Source of the DNA: an uncultured Phycisphaerae bacterium
GTDB lineage: Bacteria > Planctomycetota > Phycisphaerae > UBA1845 > PWPN01
Direction of reading: 5' to 3'
Assembly: GCA_938005315.1 (NCBI GenBank)
Contig: CALLOB010000049.1
Coordinates: forward strand, 5,978 to 69,977
Length of the DNA stretch: 64,000 bases
Shown: positions 7,621 through 15,932 of the stretch, piece after piece
How positions within the stretch are numbered: position 1 is the stretch's first letter
How the letters are laid out: the number at the start of each line of letters is the position of its first letter
The notes under the pieces: model-generated
What the model was told of the DNA's origin: nothing
The model's input: only the letters and a program-made list of their open reading frames with translations
Databases searched by the model: none
Made by a program: the position numbers and the translations under genes

Positions 7621-7764
7621 ATGAAGAAGGCAGGAATCGTTGCTCTGGCCGCGTTGGTCGCCATGTGCCAGTTCGGCTGCAGCGGCTGGGGTGTCGCCCA
7701 CGACGTGATCGCCCATGTCCTGGCGGTGGGCTGGACCGCCGACATGCTGAACCTGATCCCGTAA
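7621..7764 (+). CDS. Small (47 aa) secreted or lipoprotein-like peptide
   Basis: Below the ORF-track size cutoff. AAGGAG sits 7 nt upstream of the ATG. MKKAGIVALAALVAMCQFGCSGWGVAHDVIAHVLAVGWTADMLNLIP has a signal-peptide-like N-terminus and two Cys, but the lipobox is non-canonical. Confidence 0.45.
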   Translation: MKKAGIVALAALVAMCQFGCSGWGVAHDVIAHVLAVGWTADMLNLIP

Positions 7765-7792
7765 GGATCGGGGCAGCAAAAGCATACAACGG

Positions 7793-7854
7793 GCCGGCCG
7801 TCGTTCCGCGGACGGGTATGTCTCGTCCCGGTGGCGATGGCCGGCTCGTTTGTT
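7793..7854 (+). terminator. Candidate intrinsic terminator after the small ORF
   Basis: Long imperfect GC hairpin: outer stem GCCGGCCGTCG / CGATGGCCGGC, inner stem GGACG/CGTCC. It is followed by TCGTTTGTTG. Confidence 0.3.
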
Positions 7855-8030
7855 GATGGCGCATGAGGCGCTGAGACTGGACAAGGGCCCGCCCCGGTTC
7901 GTCGCCCGGGAACGTCATGGGTGATGCGGTTCGCCGGCGGGCTCAGAACCCGCCGTGTCCGCACTTCTGATTTTCCCGGTTCCGGCTGCTGATCTCCCGG
8001 TGCTTTTGCCGGATCATGCAATCGAGGAGG

Positions 8031-8858
8031 CTATTGCGCCTGCGGCGGAGGGAGCGGAACGGTATCGACCTGGAAATCGGGCAGGTCCGGCAGGCTCAGC
8101 GCACCGGCCGGCAGGCCGCGATTGATGCGGATACTGCCGGGCGGGAAGGACGCGGCGATCTCATAGCCTTCGGCCTTCTCGACGGTGCGCACGCTGATCG
8201 GCAGGTCGAGCCGGCGGTCGATCAGGAAGTGCACCGTGCCGTATTTCTCGGCCATCTGGCTTCCCGGCAGCGGTGTGCACTCGAGGTGGTCGGTCTCCGG
8301 CGGGTCGCCGGGTGTCGCGGGCAGCAGCCGGACGTGGAACTGGGCGAGGATTTCGGCCTTTTTCTGGCCGAAAGGAAGCGGAAAGGGCCCCTGGCCCAGC
8401 CGGAAGACCTCGACGGTTTCGCCGGGCCGCACGATCTGACGCCTGATGATGGTTTTGGTCGATTCGCGGGCCTCCGTGTACCACGCGCCGTCGAAGGCGT
8501 GCCACTCGCGCTTCTCGCGCACCGCGCCCTCCTGTTCGAAGCGGTCGAAGCGGATGAGGAACCGGGGGTTGGGCGTGTCCTGACGGAACAGCAGCGTGCC
8601 GGTGAACTTCTGGGTGTCCTCCAGCACCGGATCGGTCTTGATGAAGGTCAGGTCGGTCTCGATGTCGCGGATGTCGGCGCCGCGCCTCTCGAGCCGGTCC
8701 AGGATGCGCTCGACTTCCGGATCCACCGGTGCCGGCGCGGACTGGGTCATCGGCGAGGCCGGCCGGGAAGCGGGCGGCTCGGCCGGTGCGACGGCCTGCG
8801 ACCCGACGATCGTGATCAGGACCGCCAGGCTCAACACGCTCGGACAGGATCGATCCAT
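8031..8858 (-). CDS. Secreted protein, LolA-like (lipoprotein-carrier fold) family, function uncertain
   Basis: 275 aa with GAGGAG RBS and signal peptide MDRSCPSVLSLAVLITIVGSQAVA. The LolA-like pattern DLTFIKTDPVLEDTQKFTGTLLFRQDTPNPRFLIRF was recognised by eye only. Confidence 0.4.
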   Translation of the reverse strand: MDRSCPSVLSLAVLITIVGSQAVAPAEPPASRPASPMTQSAPAPVDPEVERILDRLERRGADIRDIETDLTFIKTDPVLEDTQKFTGTLLFRQDTPNPRFLIRFDRFEQEGAVREKREWHAFDGAWYTEARESTKTIIRRQIVRPGETVEVFRLGQGPFPLPFGQKKAEILAQFHVRLLPATPGDPPETDHLECTPLPGSQMAEKYGTVHFLIDRRLDLPISVRTVEKAEGYEIAASFPPGSIRINRGLPAGALSLPDLPDFQVDTVPLPPPQAQ

Positions 8859-9055
8859 GGGAACTCCTCAAGGCCGACCATTGGCATGAAGGCCGATCAT
8901 TGGCACGCCCCGCCTCGCGACCGCCGGCGGAGCCGCCTCGCGACCGCCGGCGGAGCGGGTGCGATTCTACGGGGTCTCCGCCGTGGCCGGCAAGTCCGGA
9001 CGTCGGCTCGTGAACTTTCGGGGCCGCAGATTCGACGTGGCGGCGCGCGGAGCCC

Positions 9056-9415
9056 GGGACGCGGCGGAGCGCGTTCCGGCGGAGGGCCCCGCTCTGTCGG
9101 GGCCGTACAAGACGGCGTGCGGTTGCGGACGCGACGGAGCGCGTCCCTCCGAGGCCGTGCGACATGATGTGCGGTTGCGGACGCGACGGAGCGCGTCCCT
9201 CCGGGGGCGCAAACCGGGACGCGACGGAGCGCGTTCCGGCGGAGGGCCCCGCTCTGTCGGGGCCGTGCAAGACGGCGTGCGGTTGCGGACGCGACGGAGC
9301 GCGTCCCTCCGGGGGCCGTGCAAGACGGCGTGCGATCGAGGACGCGACGGAGCGCGTCCCTCCGGGGCCGCGCGACATGATGTGCGGTTGCGGACGCGAC
9401 GGAGCGCGTCCCTCC
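9056..9415. repeat. Cluster of REP-like GC-rich palindromic elements (7 hairpin units plus 2 copies of a second palindrome)
   Basis: GGACGCGACGGAGCGCGTCCCTCC occurs at 9127, 9179, 9287, 9340 and 9392. The variant GGGACGCGRCGGAGCGCGTTCC occurs at 9056 and 9216. The second palindrome GGAGGGCCCCGCTCTGTCGGGGCC occurs at 9081 and 9241. Stems are GGACGCG/CGCGTCC and GGCCCC/GGGGCC. The cluster is entirely intergenic. Confidence 0.9.
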
Positions 9416-9451
9416 GGGGGCGGCTTGCCGGGACTGCGGGCCGCATTGATA

Positions 9452-10447
9452 ATGCCGTCCATGACCACGACGCAGACGGACCGCCTCAGAATCCTGGTCG
9501 CCGATCGGATGAGCGAATCGGCGATGGCCCGGCTCCGGGAGGCCGGCGACGTCGTGCTTCTCGAGAAAGCCGACGAGGAGACGCTGGCGCTGGAGGCGGC
9601 ACGGTCCGACGCCCTGGTGGTGCGCACCTACACGCAGGTCACGGAGCGGGTCATCCAGGCGGCCGCCGCGGGTGGCCGGCTGAGGGTCATCGGCCGCGGC
9701 GGCGTGGGGGTGGACAACATCGACGTGCGGGCCGCGGCCCGGGCGGGCATCGTGGTGGTCAACACCCCGGCGGCCTCGACCCACGCGGTGGCCGACCTGA
9801 CGGTCGGGCTGATCATCGCCCTGCAGCGGTCCATCACGACCTGCGATCGCCGGATCCGCGAGGGCGAGTTCGCCAGCCTCCGCGGCGGGGCCTCGGCGCC
9901 CTGCGAGCTGCAGTACCAGACGCTCGGCGTCATCGGCATGGGCCGCATCGGCCGGGCCGTCGGCGCCCGCATGCATCTGGGTTTCGGCACCCGCGTGATC
10001 TACCACGACATCCGCGAGATCGGGCTTCTGCCCTTCGCCGCCGAGCGACGGGAACGTGCCGAGGATGTGTACGCCGAGGCCGACGTGGTCACGCTGCACG
10101 TGCCGCTGACGCCTCTGACCCGGGGGATGATCAACGCCACCAGCCTGGCCGGTTTCAAGCCGGGGGCCTGGCTGGTCAACACGTCCCGCGGCGCGGTGGT
10201 GGAGGCCGCGGCCCTGGCCGAGGCGCTGCGGTCCGGTGCGCTGGCCGGAGCGGCGATCGACGTGTACGATCCCGAGCCGCCGCCGGCGGATCATCCGCTG
10301 TTTTCGGCGCCGAACACGATTCTCACGCCGCACATCGCCAGCCGTTCGCGGCAGGCCCTGGCGGCCATGAACGACGTGGTCGAGGATGTTCTGGCGGTAC
10401 TGGCGGGCCGCGAGCCGGCCTGGCCGGTGGATCCGGAGACGGCCTGA
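9452..10447 (+). CDS. D-isomer-specific 2-hydroxyacid dehydrogenase (phosphoglycerate dehydrogenase-like)
   Basis: An internal ATG is used because the track ORF start lies inside the repeat cluster. NAD motif GVIGMGRIGRAVG. VTLHVPLTPLTRGMI...LVNTSRGAVV...AAIDVYDPEP...TPHIAS. Confidence 0.8.
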   Translation: MPSMTTTQTDRLRILVADRMSESAMARLREAGDVVLLEKADEETLALEAARSDALVVRTYTQVTERVIQAAAAGGRLRVIGRGGVGVDNIDVRAAARAGIVVVNTPAASTHAVADLTVGLIIALQRSITTCDRRIREGEFASLRGGASAPCELQYQTLGVIGMGRIGRAVGARMHLGFGTRVIYHDIREIGLLPFAAERRERAEDVYAEADVVTLHVPLTPLTRGMINATSLAGFKPGAWLVNTSRGAVVEAAALAEALRSGALAGAAIDVYDPEPPPADHPLFSAPNTILTPHIASRSRQALAAMNDVVEDVLAVLAGREPAWPVDPETA

Positions 10448-10523
10448 CGTTCTGTCGAAGCGCGACGCCGGCGGCAAAGCGAGCCCGTCGGCGGCGCCCG
10501 ATGGTCCCGAGAGGATGCAACCC

Positions 10524-11468
10524 ATGGCGAAGTACCTGGTGACCGGCGGCGGCGGCTTCATCGGATCGCACATCGTGGAGCGGCTGGTGCGCGACGGCCG
10601 GGCGGTCCGCGTGCTGGACAACTTCTCGACCGGCCGGCGCGAGAACCTCGCGGGCCTGGAGGGGCGGATCGAGCTGATCGAGGGCGACATCCGCCGGCCG
10701 GAGGACTGCCGCCGGGCCTGCGAGGGCATCGAGGTCATTTTCCACGAGGCGGCCCTGCCTTCGGTGCCGACCTCGATCGAGCGTCCGGCCGAGACGCACG
10801 ACGCCAACGTCAACGGCACGTTCAACATGCTGATGGCGGCCCGCGACGCCGGCTGTCGGCGGCTCGTCTACGCGGCCAGCAGCAGTGCCTACGGCGACCA
10901 GCCCCAGTCGCCCAAGGTCGAGAGCATGCGGCCGGACCCGATGAGCCCGTACGCGCTGCAGAAGCTCACCGGCGAGTACTACTGCCGCGTGTTCTGGAGG
11001 TGCTGGGGCCTCGAGACGGTGGCTCTGCGCTACTTCAACGTCTTCGGCCCGCGGCAGAACCCGCGAAGCCAGTATGCGGCGGCGATTCCCGCGTTCGTCA
11101 GCGCGATTCTGCGGAACGAACCGCCCACGGTCTACGGTGACGGCGGGCAGACCCGCGATTTCACCTACATCGACAACGTGGTGGCCGCCAATCTGCTGGC
11201 CGCCGAGGCCCCCGAGGCCTGCGGGCAGGTGATCAACGCCGCCTGCGGGCAGTGCATCTCGATCAACGCCATCATCGAGCTGATCAATGCGATTCTGGGC
11301 CGCAACATCCGGCCGGTGTACGCCCCGCGCCGCCCCGGGGACGTCCGCGACTCGCTGGCCGATATCAATCTGGCCCGGCGGTTGCTGGGTTTCGAGCCGG
11401 TGGTGCTGTTCGAGGAGGGCCTGCGGCGGGCGATCGCCTGGTACCGCGACAACCTCGACAACCTCTAG
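10524..11468 (+). CDS. NAD-dependent nucleotide-sugar epimerase (extended SDR; WbpP/TviC-like)
   Basis: MAKYLVTGGGGFIGSHIVERL, LDNFSTGRRENL, SSSAYG, YALQK catalytic motif, RYFNVFGPRQ. Confidence 0.8.
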   Translation: MAKYLVTGGGGFIGSHIVERLVRDGRAVRVLDNFSTGRRENLAGLEGRIELIEGDIRRPEDCRRACEGIEVIFHEAALPSVPTSIERPAETHDANVNGTFNMLMAARDAGCRRLVYAASSSAYGDQPQSPKVESMRPDPMSPYALQKLTGEYYCRVFWRCWGLETVALRYFNVFGPRQNPRSQYAAAIPAFVSAILRNEPPTVYGDGGQTRDFTYIDNVVAANLLAAEAPEACGQVINAACGQCISINAIIELINAILGRNIRPVYAPRRPGDVRDSLADINLARRLLGFEPVVLFEEGLRRAIAWYRDNLDNL

Positions 11469-11532
11469 GTGGGCGCGGCTCCAGGCGGGCGGGGAAGGAG
11501 CGGGACGCGGTGCCGCCGGTCGCGCGCCGGAC

Positions 11533-12561
11533 TCAGCCGCGTCGCTCGATCACGCCCAGGCCGGGACGGTCGTTCAGCGTGATGCGGCCCTGCTGTCCGC
11601 CGATGCCCTCGAAGGGGTCGTCGGCCAGCAGCAGGTGGCCGTCGAGGTCGATGTAGTCCGCCAGCGGGGCGAGCTGGGCGGCCGCGGCGATGCCCACCGA
11701 GGTCTCGACCATGCAGCCCAGCATCACCTTCATTCCGGCCGAGCGGGCGGTGTGGATCATCTGCAGCGCCCGCCGGATGCCGCCGCACTTGCTGAGCTTG
11801 ATGTTGATGCCGTCGAAGTGCGGGGCGCAGGCCAGCACGTCGCGGTAGCCCACGCAGCTTTCGTCGGCGATCAGCGGCGTGATGCCCGCGCGTCGCACCT
11901 CGGCCAGGCCCTGGTAGTCGCCCGGCGCGGTGGGCTGCTCGACGAACTCCACGCCGTAGCGGACCATCAGCCGGCACATCTCCATCACGTTGGCGGAGGT
12001 CCACCCGCAGTTGGCATCGACGCGCAGCGGCTTGTCGGGAGCCCCGCGGCGGATGGCCTGGAGGACCTGTTCGTCCCGGGGCGTGCCGACCTTGATCTTC
12101 AGCAGCGGGTACTCGGCGGCCTCGGCCACTTTGCGCTCGATCACCTCGAGGTCGTCGATGCCGATGGTGAACGAGGTCAGGGGCGTGCGGGCGGGATCCA
12201 GGCCCAGCAGTTTCCATACCGGCACGCCCAGCAGCTTGCCGACCAGATCGTGCAGGGCCGCGTCGATGGCCGCGATGGCCGCCGACTCGGCCTCGAACCG
12301 CTCCCACAGGCGTTCCAGCACCGGCACGATGGCGAACGGGTCGGAGCCCAGCAGTCCGGCGGCGGCCTCGAAGACCTTTTCGCCGGACTCGAGGCTCTGT
12401 CCGTAGTAGCTGCTGGGCGCGGACTCGCCCCAGCCGACCACGCCGCGGTGTTCGATACTGGCCAGCAGGACCTGGCGTGAGGTGACGGTGTCGCGCTGGG
12501 TGCGGGCGATGTTGAACGGATGACGGAGGTGGACCTCGCGCCGCTGCCACGAAAGGTTCAT
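11533..12561 (-). CDS. Enolase-superfamily dipeptide epimerase (L-Ala-D/L-Glu epimerase-like)
   Basis: KxK motif LLKIKVG, metal ligands RVDANCGW / VEFVEQP / IADES, second catalytic Lys INIKLSKCGG. Confidence 0.75.
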   Translation of the reverse strand: MNLSWQRREVHLRHPFNIARTQRDTVTSRQVLLASIEHRGVVGWGESAPSSYYGQSLESGEKVFEAAAGLLGSDPFAIVPVLERLWERFEAESAAIAAIDAALHDLVGKLLGVPVWKLLGLDPARTPLTSFTIGIDDLEVIERKVAEAAEYPLLKIKVGTPRDEQVLQAIRRGAPDKPLRVDANCGWTSANVMEMCRLMVRYGVEFVEQPTAPGDYQGLAEVRRAGITPLIADESCVGYRDVLACAPHFDGINIKLSKCGGIRRALQMIHTARSAGMKVMLGCMVETSVGIAAAAQLAPLADYIDLDGHLLLADDPFEGIGGQQGRITLNDRPGLGVIERRG

Positions 12562-13133
12562 GACGGCCTCTCCGCTGCCTGGCGCCGCCGCTCATCCAGG
12601 GCGCGGCGGTAGATCTCATACGATGGCCGGTCGTAAAGCACGAACTCCACGCGCTGCAGCTGCGGATGATCGGCCAGGAAGGCGATGACCTCGTCGAGGG
12701 CGACGGCGCAGGCCTCGGCCATGGGATAGCCGTAGACGCCGCAACTGATCGCCGGGAAAGCGATCGACCGGCAGTCGTGCTCGACCGCCAGCCGCAGGGC
12801 CGTCCGGTAGCAGCCGGCCAGCAGCTCGGCCTCTCCGGAGCGGCCGTCGCGGTAGATGGGGCCGACGGCGTGGATCACGTGACGGGCGGGCAGGTTGTAT
12901 CCGCCGGTGATGCGCGCCGAGCCCGTGCGGCAGCCGCCGATCTTCCGGCACTCCTCGAGCAACCCCGGCCCGGCCGCGCGATGAATGGCGCCGTCCACGC
13001 CGCCGCCTCCCAGCAGCGAGGTGTTGGCCGCGTTGACGATGGCATCGGCCGCGACCTTGGTGATATCGCCCTGTGTGATGCGGATGCGGTCCAGTGGCCC
13101 GGCAGTCATGGGCGCGGAGTATAGCCGCACCAT
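12558..13133 (-). CDS. Macro-domain protein (O-acetyl-ADP-ribose deacetylase, YmdB-like)
   Basis: ITQGDITKVAADAIVNAANTSLLGGGGVDGAIHRAAGP...HVIHAVGP...SIAFPAISCGVYGYP. ATGA overlap with the epimerase gene. The start could instead be the Met at 13109. Confidence 0.8.
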   Translation of the reverse strand: MVRLYSAPMTAGPLDRIRITQGDITKVAADAIVNAANTSLLGGGGVDGAIHRAAGPGLLEECRKIGGCRTGSARITGGYNLPARHVIHAVGPIYRDGRSGEAELLAGCYRTALRLAVEHDCRSIAFPAISCGVYGYPMAEACAVALDEVIAFLADHPQLQRVEFVLYDRPSYEIYRRALDERRRQAAERPS

Positions 13134-13439
13134 CAGAGCGGGGCAAACGTCCGGGGAGGTTATCGGACGGGGGTCATGAAGCCGTGTGCAGGTGTCGTGG
13201 GCCTGACGGGCGGCGCGCCGATCACGGTGCGTGATCGCGCGATGTCGCAGGTTATCGGGCCTGCGGCCGCGCCCGAGGCGATCCGCCGTTGCCGACTCCG
13301 AGGCGCAGGTCGGGACCGGGTTTCAGGATCCGCCGCGGGTTCGCCTCGGGCGCAGCCGGTGCTTTGCACGCCGGTTGCGGGGAGGGTAATCTGCCACGGA
13401 CAGGGCCGCCGCCCGTTCCGCCGCCGGCTTGGGACGAAC

Positions 13440-15404
13440 ATGAACTACCAACCTTACCGGTCATCGGCTGATGAGCACCGGTCCGCGCCCGGTCCGGAGG
13501 AGATCCGTCCGGAGGACCGACCCCTGATCTTCGAGATCGCTTGGGAAGTCTGTGCCCAGACCGGCGGCATCTACACCGTGCTGCGCAGCAAGGCCCCGGC
13601 CACGGTCAAGCGCTGGGGCGACCAGTACTGCATGATCGGACCCTACCACGAGGCCGCCGCCCGGGTGGAGTTCGAGCCCATGCCGCTGACCCCCGCAGTC
13701 GAGGAGGCGGCCTCGGCGCTGCGGGCCGCGGGCGTGCAGGTGCACACCGGACGCTGGCTGATCACCGGCCGTCCGCAGGTGATGCTCATCGACGTGGGCA
13801 GCGTCGGCAGCTCGATTCCGCAGATGAAGTACTTCCTGTGGAAGGATCTGGCCATCGGCACGCCGGGCGGCGACGCGGAGATCGACCGGGTGGTGGCCTT
13901 CGGCTTTCTGACGGCCGATCTGCTGGCGGCGGTTCATCGGGCGCACCCGGCCCGGCCGGTTCTGGCCCATTTCCACGAGTGGCAGGCCGCCGTGGCTCTG
14001 CCGCTGCTCAAGCATCGCGGCGTTGCTATCCCGACGATCTTCACCACGCACGCCACGCTCGTCGGCCGGAGTCTCAGCGCCGCCAATGAGAATCTCTACG
14101 ACATCCTGCCGCAGGTGGACGCCGAGGCCGTCGCCTACCGGCACAGCATCGCTCACAAGTTCTTCATCGAGCGGCTGGCGGCGCAGAAGGCCGATGTGTT
14201 CACCACCGTTTCGGGCATCACCGCCCTGGAGGCCGAGCATTTCCTCGGGCGCAAGGCCGACGTGCTCCTGCCCAACGGATTGAACGTCGAGCGTTTCGCG
14301 GCGCCGTATCAGTTCCAGAACCTCCACCGCGAGAACAAGAACCTCATCCACGAGTTCGTGATGGGGCATTTCTTCCCCAGCTACACCTTCGACCTCGACC
14401 GCACCCTCTACGTCTTCACCGCCGGCCGCTACGAGTACCGCAACAAGGGCTTCGACCTGTTCATCGAGGCTCTCTACCGGCTCAACCAGCGGCTCAAGGC
14501 CGAACCGACGGACGTCACCGTGGTGGCGTTCATCATTGCCCCTGCTCCGTACCGGGCGCTGAACGTCGAGACGCTCAACCGCCAGGCGATGTTTCACGAA
14601 CTGCGCGAGACCTGCGAGGCCATCCAGCAGGACATGGGCGAGCGGCTCTTCCAGGTCGTCGCCCAGGGACGCCTGCCGGGGATCGACGACCTGCTCGACG
14701 AGTTCGCCCGCGTCCGCCTCAAGCGCATGATGCACGCCTGGCGGCAGGGTCCGCCGCCGACCATCGTGACGCACGACCTCTGGAACGACGGCGCCGATCC
14801 GGTGCTCTGCCACCTGCGGCACCGGGGGCTGCTGAATGCCGCCGGGGACCCGGTCAAGGTCGTCTTCCATCCCGAGTTCATCACCTCCACCAGCCCGGTG
14901 CTCGGGCTGGAGTACGACCAGTTCGTCCGCGGCTGCAATCTCGGCGTGTTCCCCTCCTACTACGAGCCCTGGGGCTACACCCCGATGGAGTGCGTGGTCC
15001 GGGGCATCCCCGCCGTGACCAGCGACCTCAGCGGCTTCGGGGCTTACGTCATGAGCCACTTCCCGGACCACAACAGCAACGGCATCTATGTCGCGCGTCG
15101 GCGGGGCGTGAGTTTCGAAGCCAGTTGCGCCGAGGTGACGGAATGGCTCTACCGGCTGACCCGCATGTCGCGCCGCGAGCGGATCGGGCTGCGCAACCGT
15201 GTCGAAAGCCACGCCGAGCACTTCGACTGGTCGAACATGACCCGTTACTACCGGGCCGCGCGGCGCTGGGCCCTGCAGAAGTACTACCCCGACCGGGAGA
15301 TCATCCCGCCCGACCTCCCGGAGAAACCTGGCGTCCGGCGGGAAACCGCCGTACCCCGTCACCGGAGGCATCGCCAGGTTTCCAGAAGGGAAAGCACGGG
15401 TTGA
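13440..15404 (+). CDS. Glycogen synthase, GT3 (eukaryote-type, Glycogen_syn family)
   Basis: ATG at 13440, in frame with the longer track ORF. FEIAWEVCAQTGGIYTVLRSKA...HFHEWQAAV...IFTTHATLVGR...FTAGRYEYRNKGFD...GVFPSYYEPWGYTPMEC...PAVTSDLSGFG. Confidence 0.85.
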   Translation: MNYQPYRSSADEHRSAPGPEEIRPEDRPLIFEIAWEVCAQTGGIYTVLRSKAPATVKRWGDQYCMIGPYHEAAARVEFEPMPLTPAVEEAASALRAAGVQVHTGRWLITGRPQVMLIDVGSVGSSIPQMKYFLWKDLAIGTPGGDAEIDRVVAFGFLTADLLAAVHRAHPARPVLAHFHEWQAAVALPLLKHRGVAIPTIFTTHATLVGRSLSAANENLYDILPQVDAEAVAYRHSIAHKFFIERLAAQKADVFTTVSGITALEAEHFLGRKADVLLPNGLNVERFAAPYQFQNLHRENKNLIHEFVMGHFFPSYTFDLDRTLYVFTAGRYEYRNKGFDLFIEALYRLNQRLKAEPTDVTVVAFIIAPAPYRALNVETLNRQAMFHELRETCEAIQQDMGERLFQVVAQGRLPGIDDLLDEFARVRLKRMMHAWRQGPPPTIVTHDLWNDGADPVLCHLRHRGLLNAAGDPVKVVFHPEFITSTSPVLGLEYDQFVRGCNLGVFPSYYEPWGYTPMECVVRGIPAVTSDLSGFGAYVMSHFPDHNSNGIYVARRRGVSFEASCAEVTEWLYRLTRMSRRERIGLRNRVESHAEHFDWSNMTRYYRAARRWALQKYYPDREIIPPDLPEKPGVRRETAVPRHRRHRQVSRRESTG

Positions 15405-15476
15405 TGGCGACGGCCGCGGCTCGCGCCCGGCGGCAAGGCTCCGTGGCGTCCGACGCATTTCGCGAGCCCCGCCGTC

Positions 15477-15869
15477 TCAGACCGGATCGCGCCAATTCAC
15501 CCGCGGGGCGTCTCCCCAGAGCAGTTCCAGGTCGTAGTAGCGTCGGCGCAGGGGATCGAACAGGTGCACGACCACGTCGACGTAGTCGGCCAGCAGCCAG
15601 GTGGCCGAATCGTATCCGCTGACGCCGTACGGCTGTTGTCCGACCTGCCGGCCGTAGTCCTCGATGTGGTCGGCAATGGCCCGCATCTGCCGGTCGGAGG
15701 TGGCGGTGGCGATCACGAAGAAGTCCGCCACCGACGACATCGTCCGCAGGTCCAGGATGACCACGTCCTCGGCGCGCATCTCCTCGGCCAGCCGGGCGAC
15801 GGCCCGGGCGAAATCCAGACCCGTGACCGTCGGTTCGGATGGCGGGAAAGGCGGGCGGGGAGGCTTCAT
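15477..15869 (-). CDS. rsfS: Ribosomal silencing factor RsfS
   Basis: 130 aa. DVVILDLR...DFFVIATATSDRQMRAIADHI...GYDSATWLLADYVDVVVHLF...YYDLELLW. Confidence 0.85.
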   Translation of the reverse strand: MKPPRPPFPPSEPTVTGLDFARAVARLAEEMRAEDVVILDLRTMSSVADFFVIATATSDRQMRAIADHIEDYGRQVGQQPYGVSGYDSATWLLADYVDVVVHLFDPLRRRYYDLELLWGDAPRVNWRDPV

Positions 15870-15932
15870 GCCGGAGAGTCTAAGGTCTGCACCGGGCGTT
15901 CACAACCCGCGGTCAAAAGGGCCGCCCGGGGA

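Noticed and set aside
9056-9415. Regularly spaced ~24-nt palindromic repeats that at first glance resemble a CRISPR array
   Set aside because: The spacing is irregular (roughly 13-50 nt). The 'spacers' are themselves repeated (GTGCAAGACGGCGTGCGGTTGC, CGACATGATGTGCGGTTGC). Two different palindromes alternate. The same units recur at 40876 and 63953. No cas genes are nearby. The pattern fits REP-like elements, not CRISPR.
8161-10828. Long minus-strand ORFs (8161..9627, 8897..10828) and plus-strand ORFs (8959..10542, 9164..9451) reading through the repeat cluster
   Set aside because: Their translations repeat GRDGARPS / TRSVASATA-type strings that simply mirror the palindromic DNA repeats. The real genes (the LolA-like gene on the minus strand, the dehydrogenase on the plus strand from 9452) explain the flanks.
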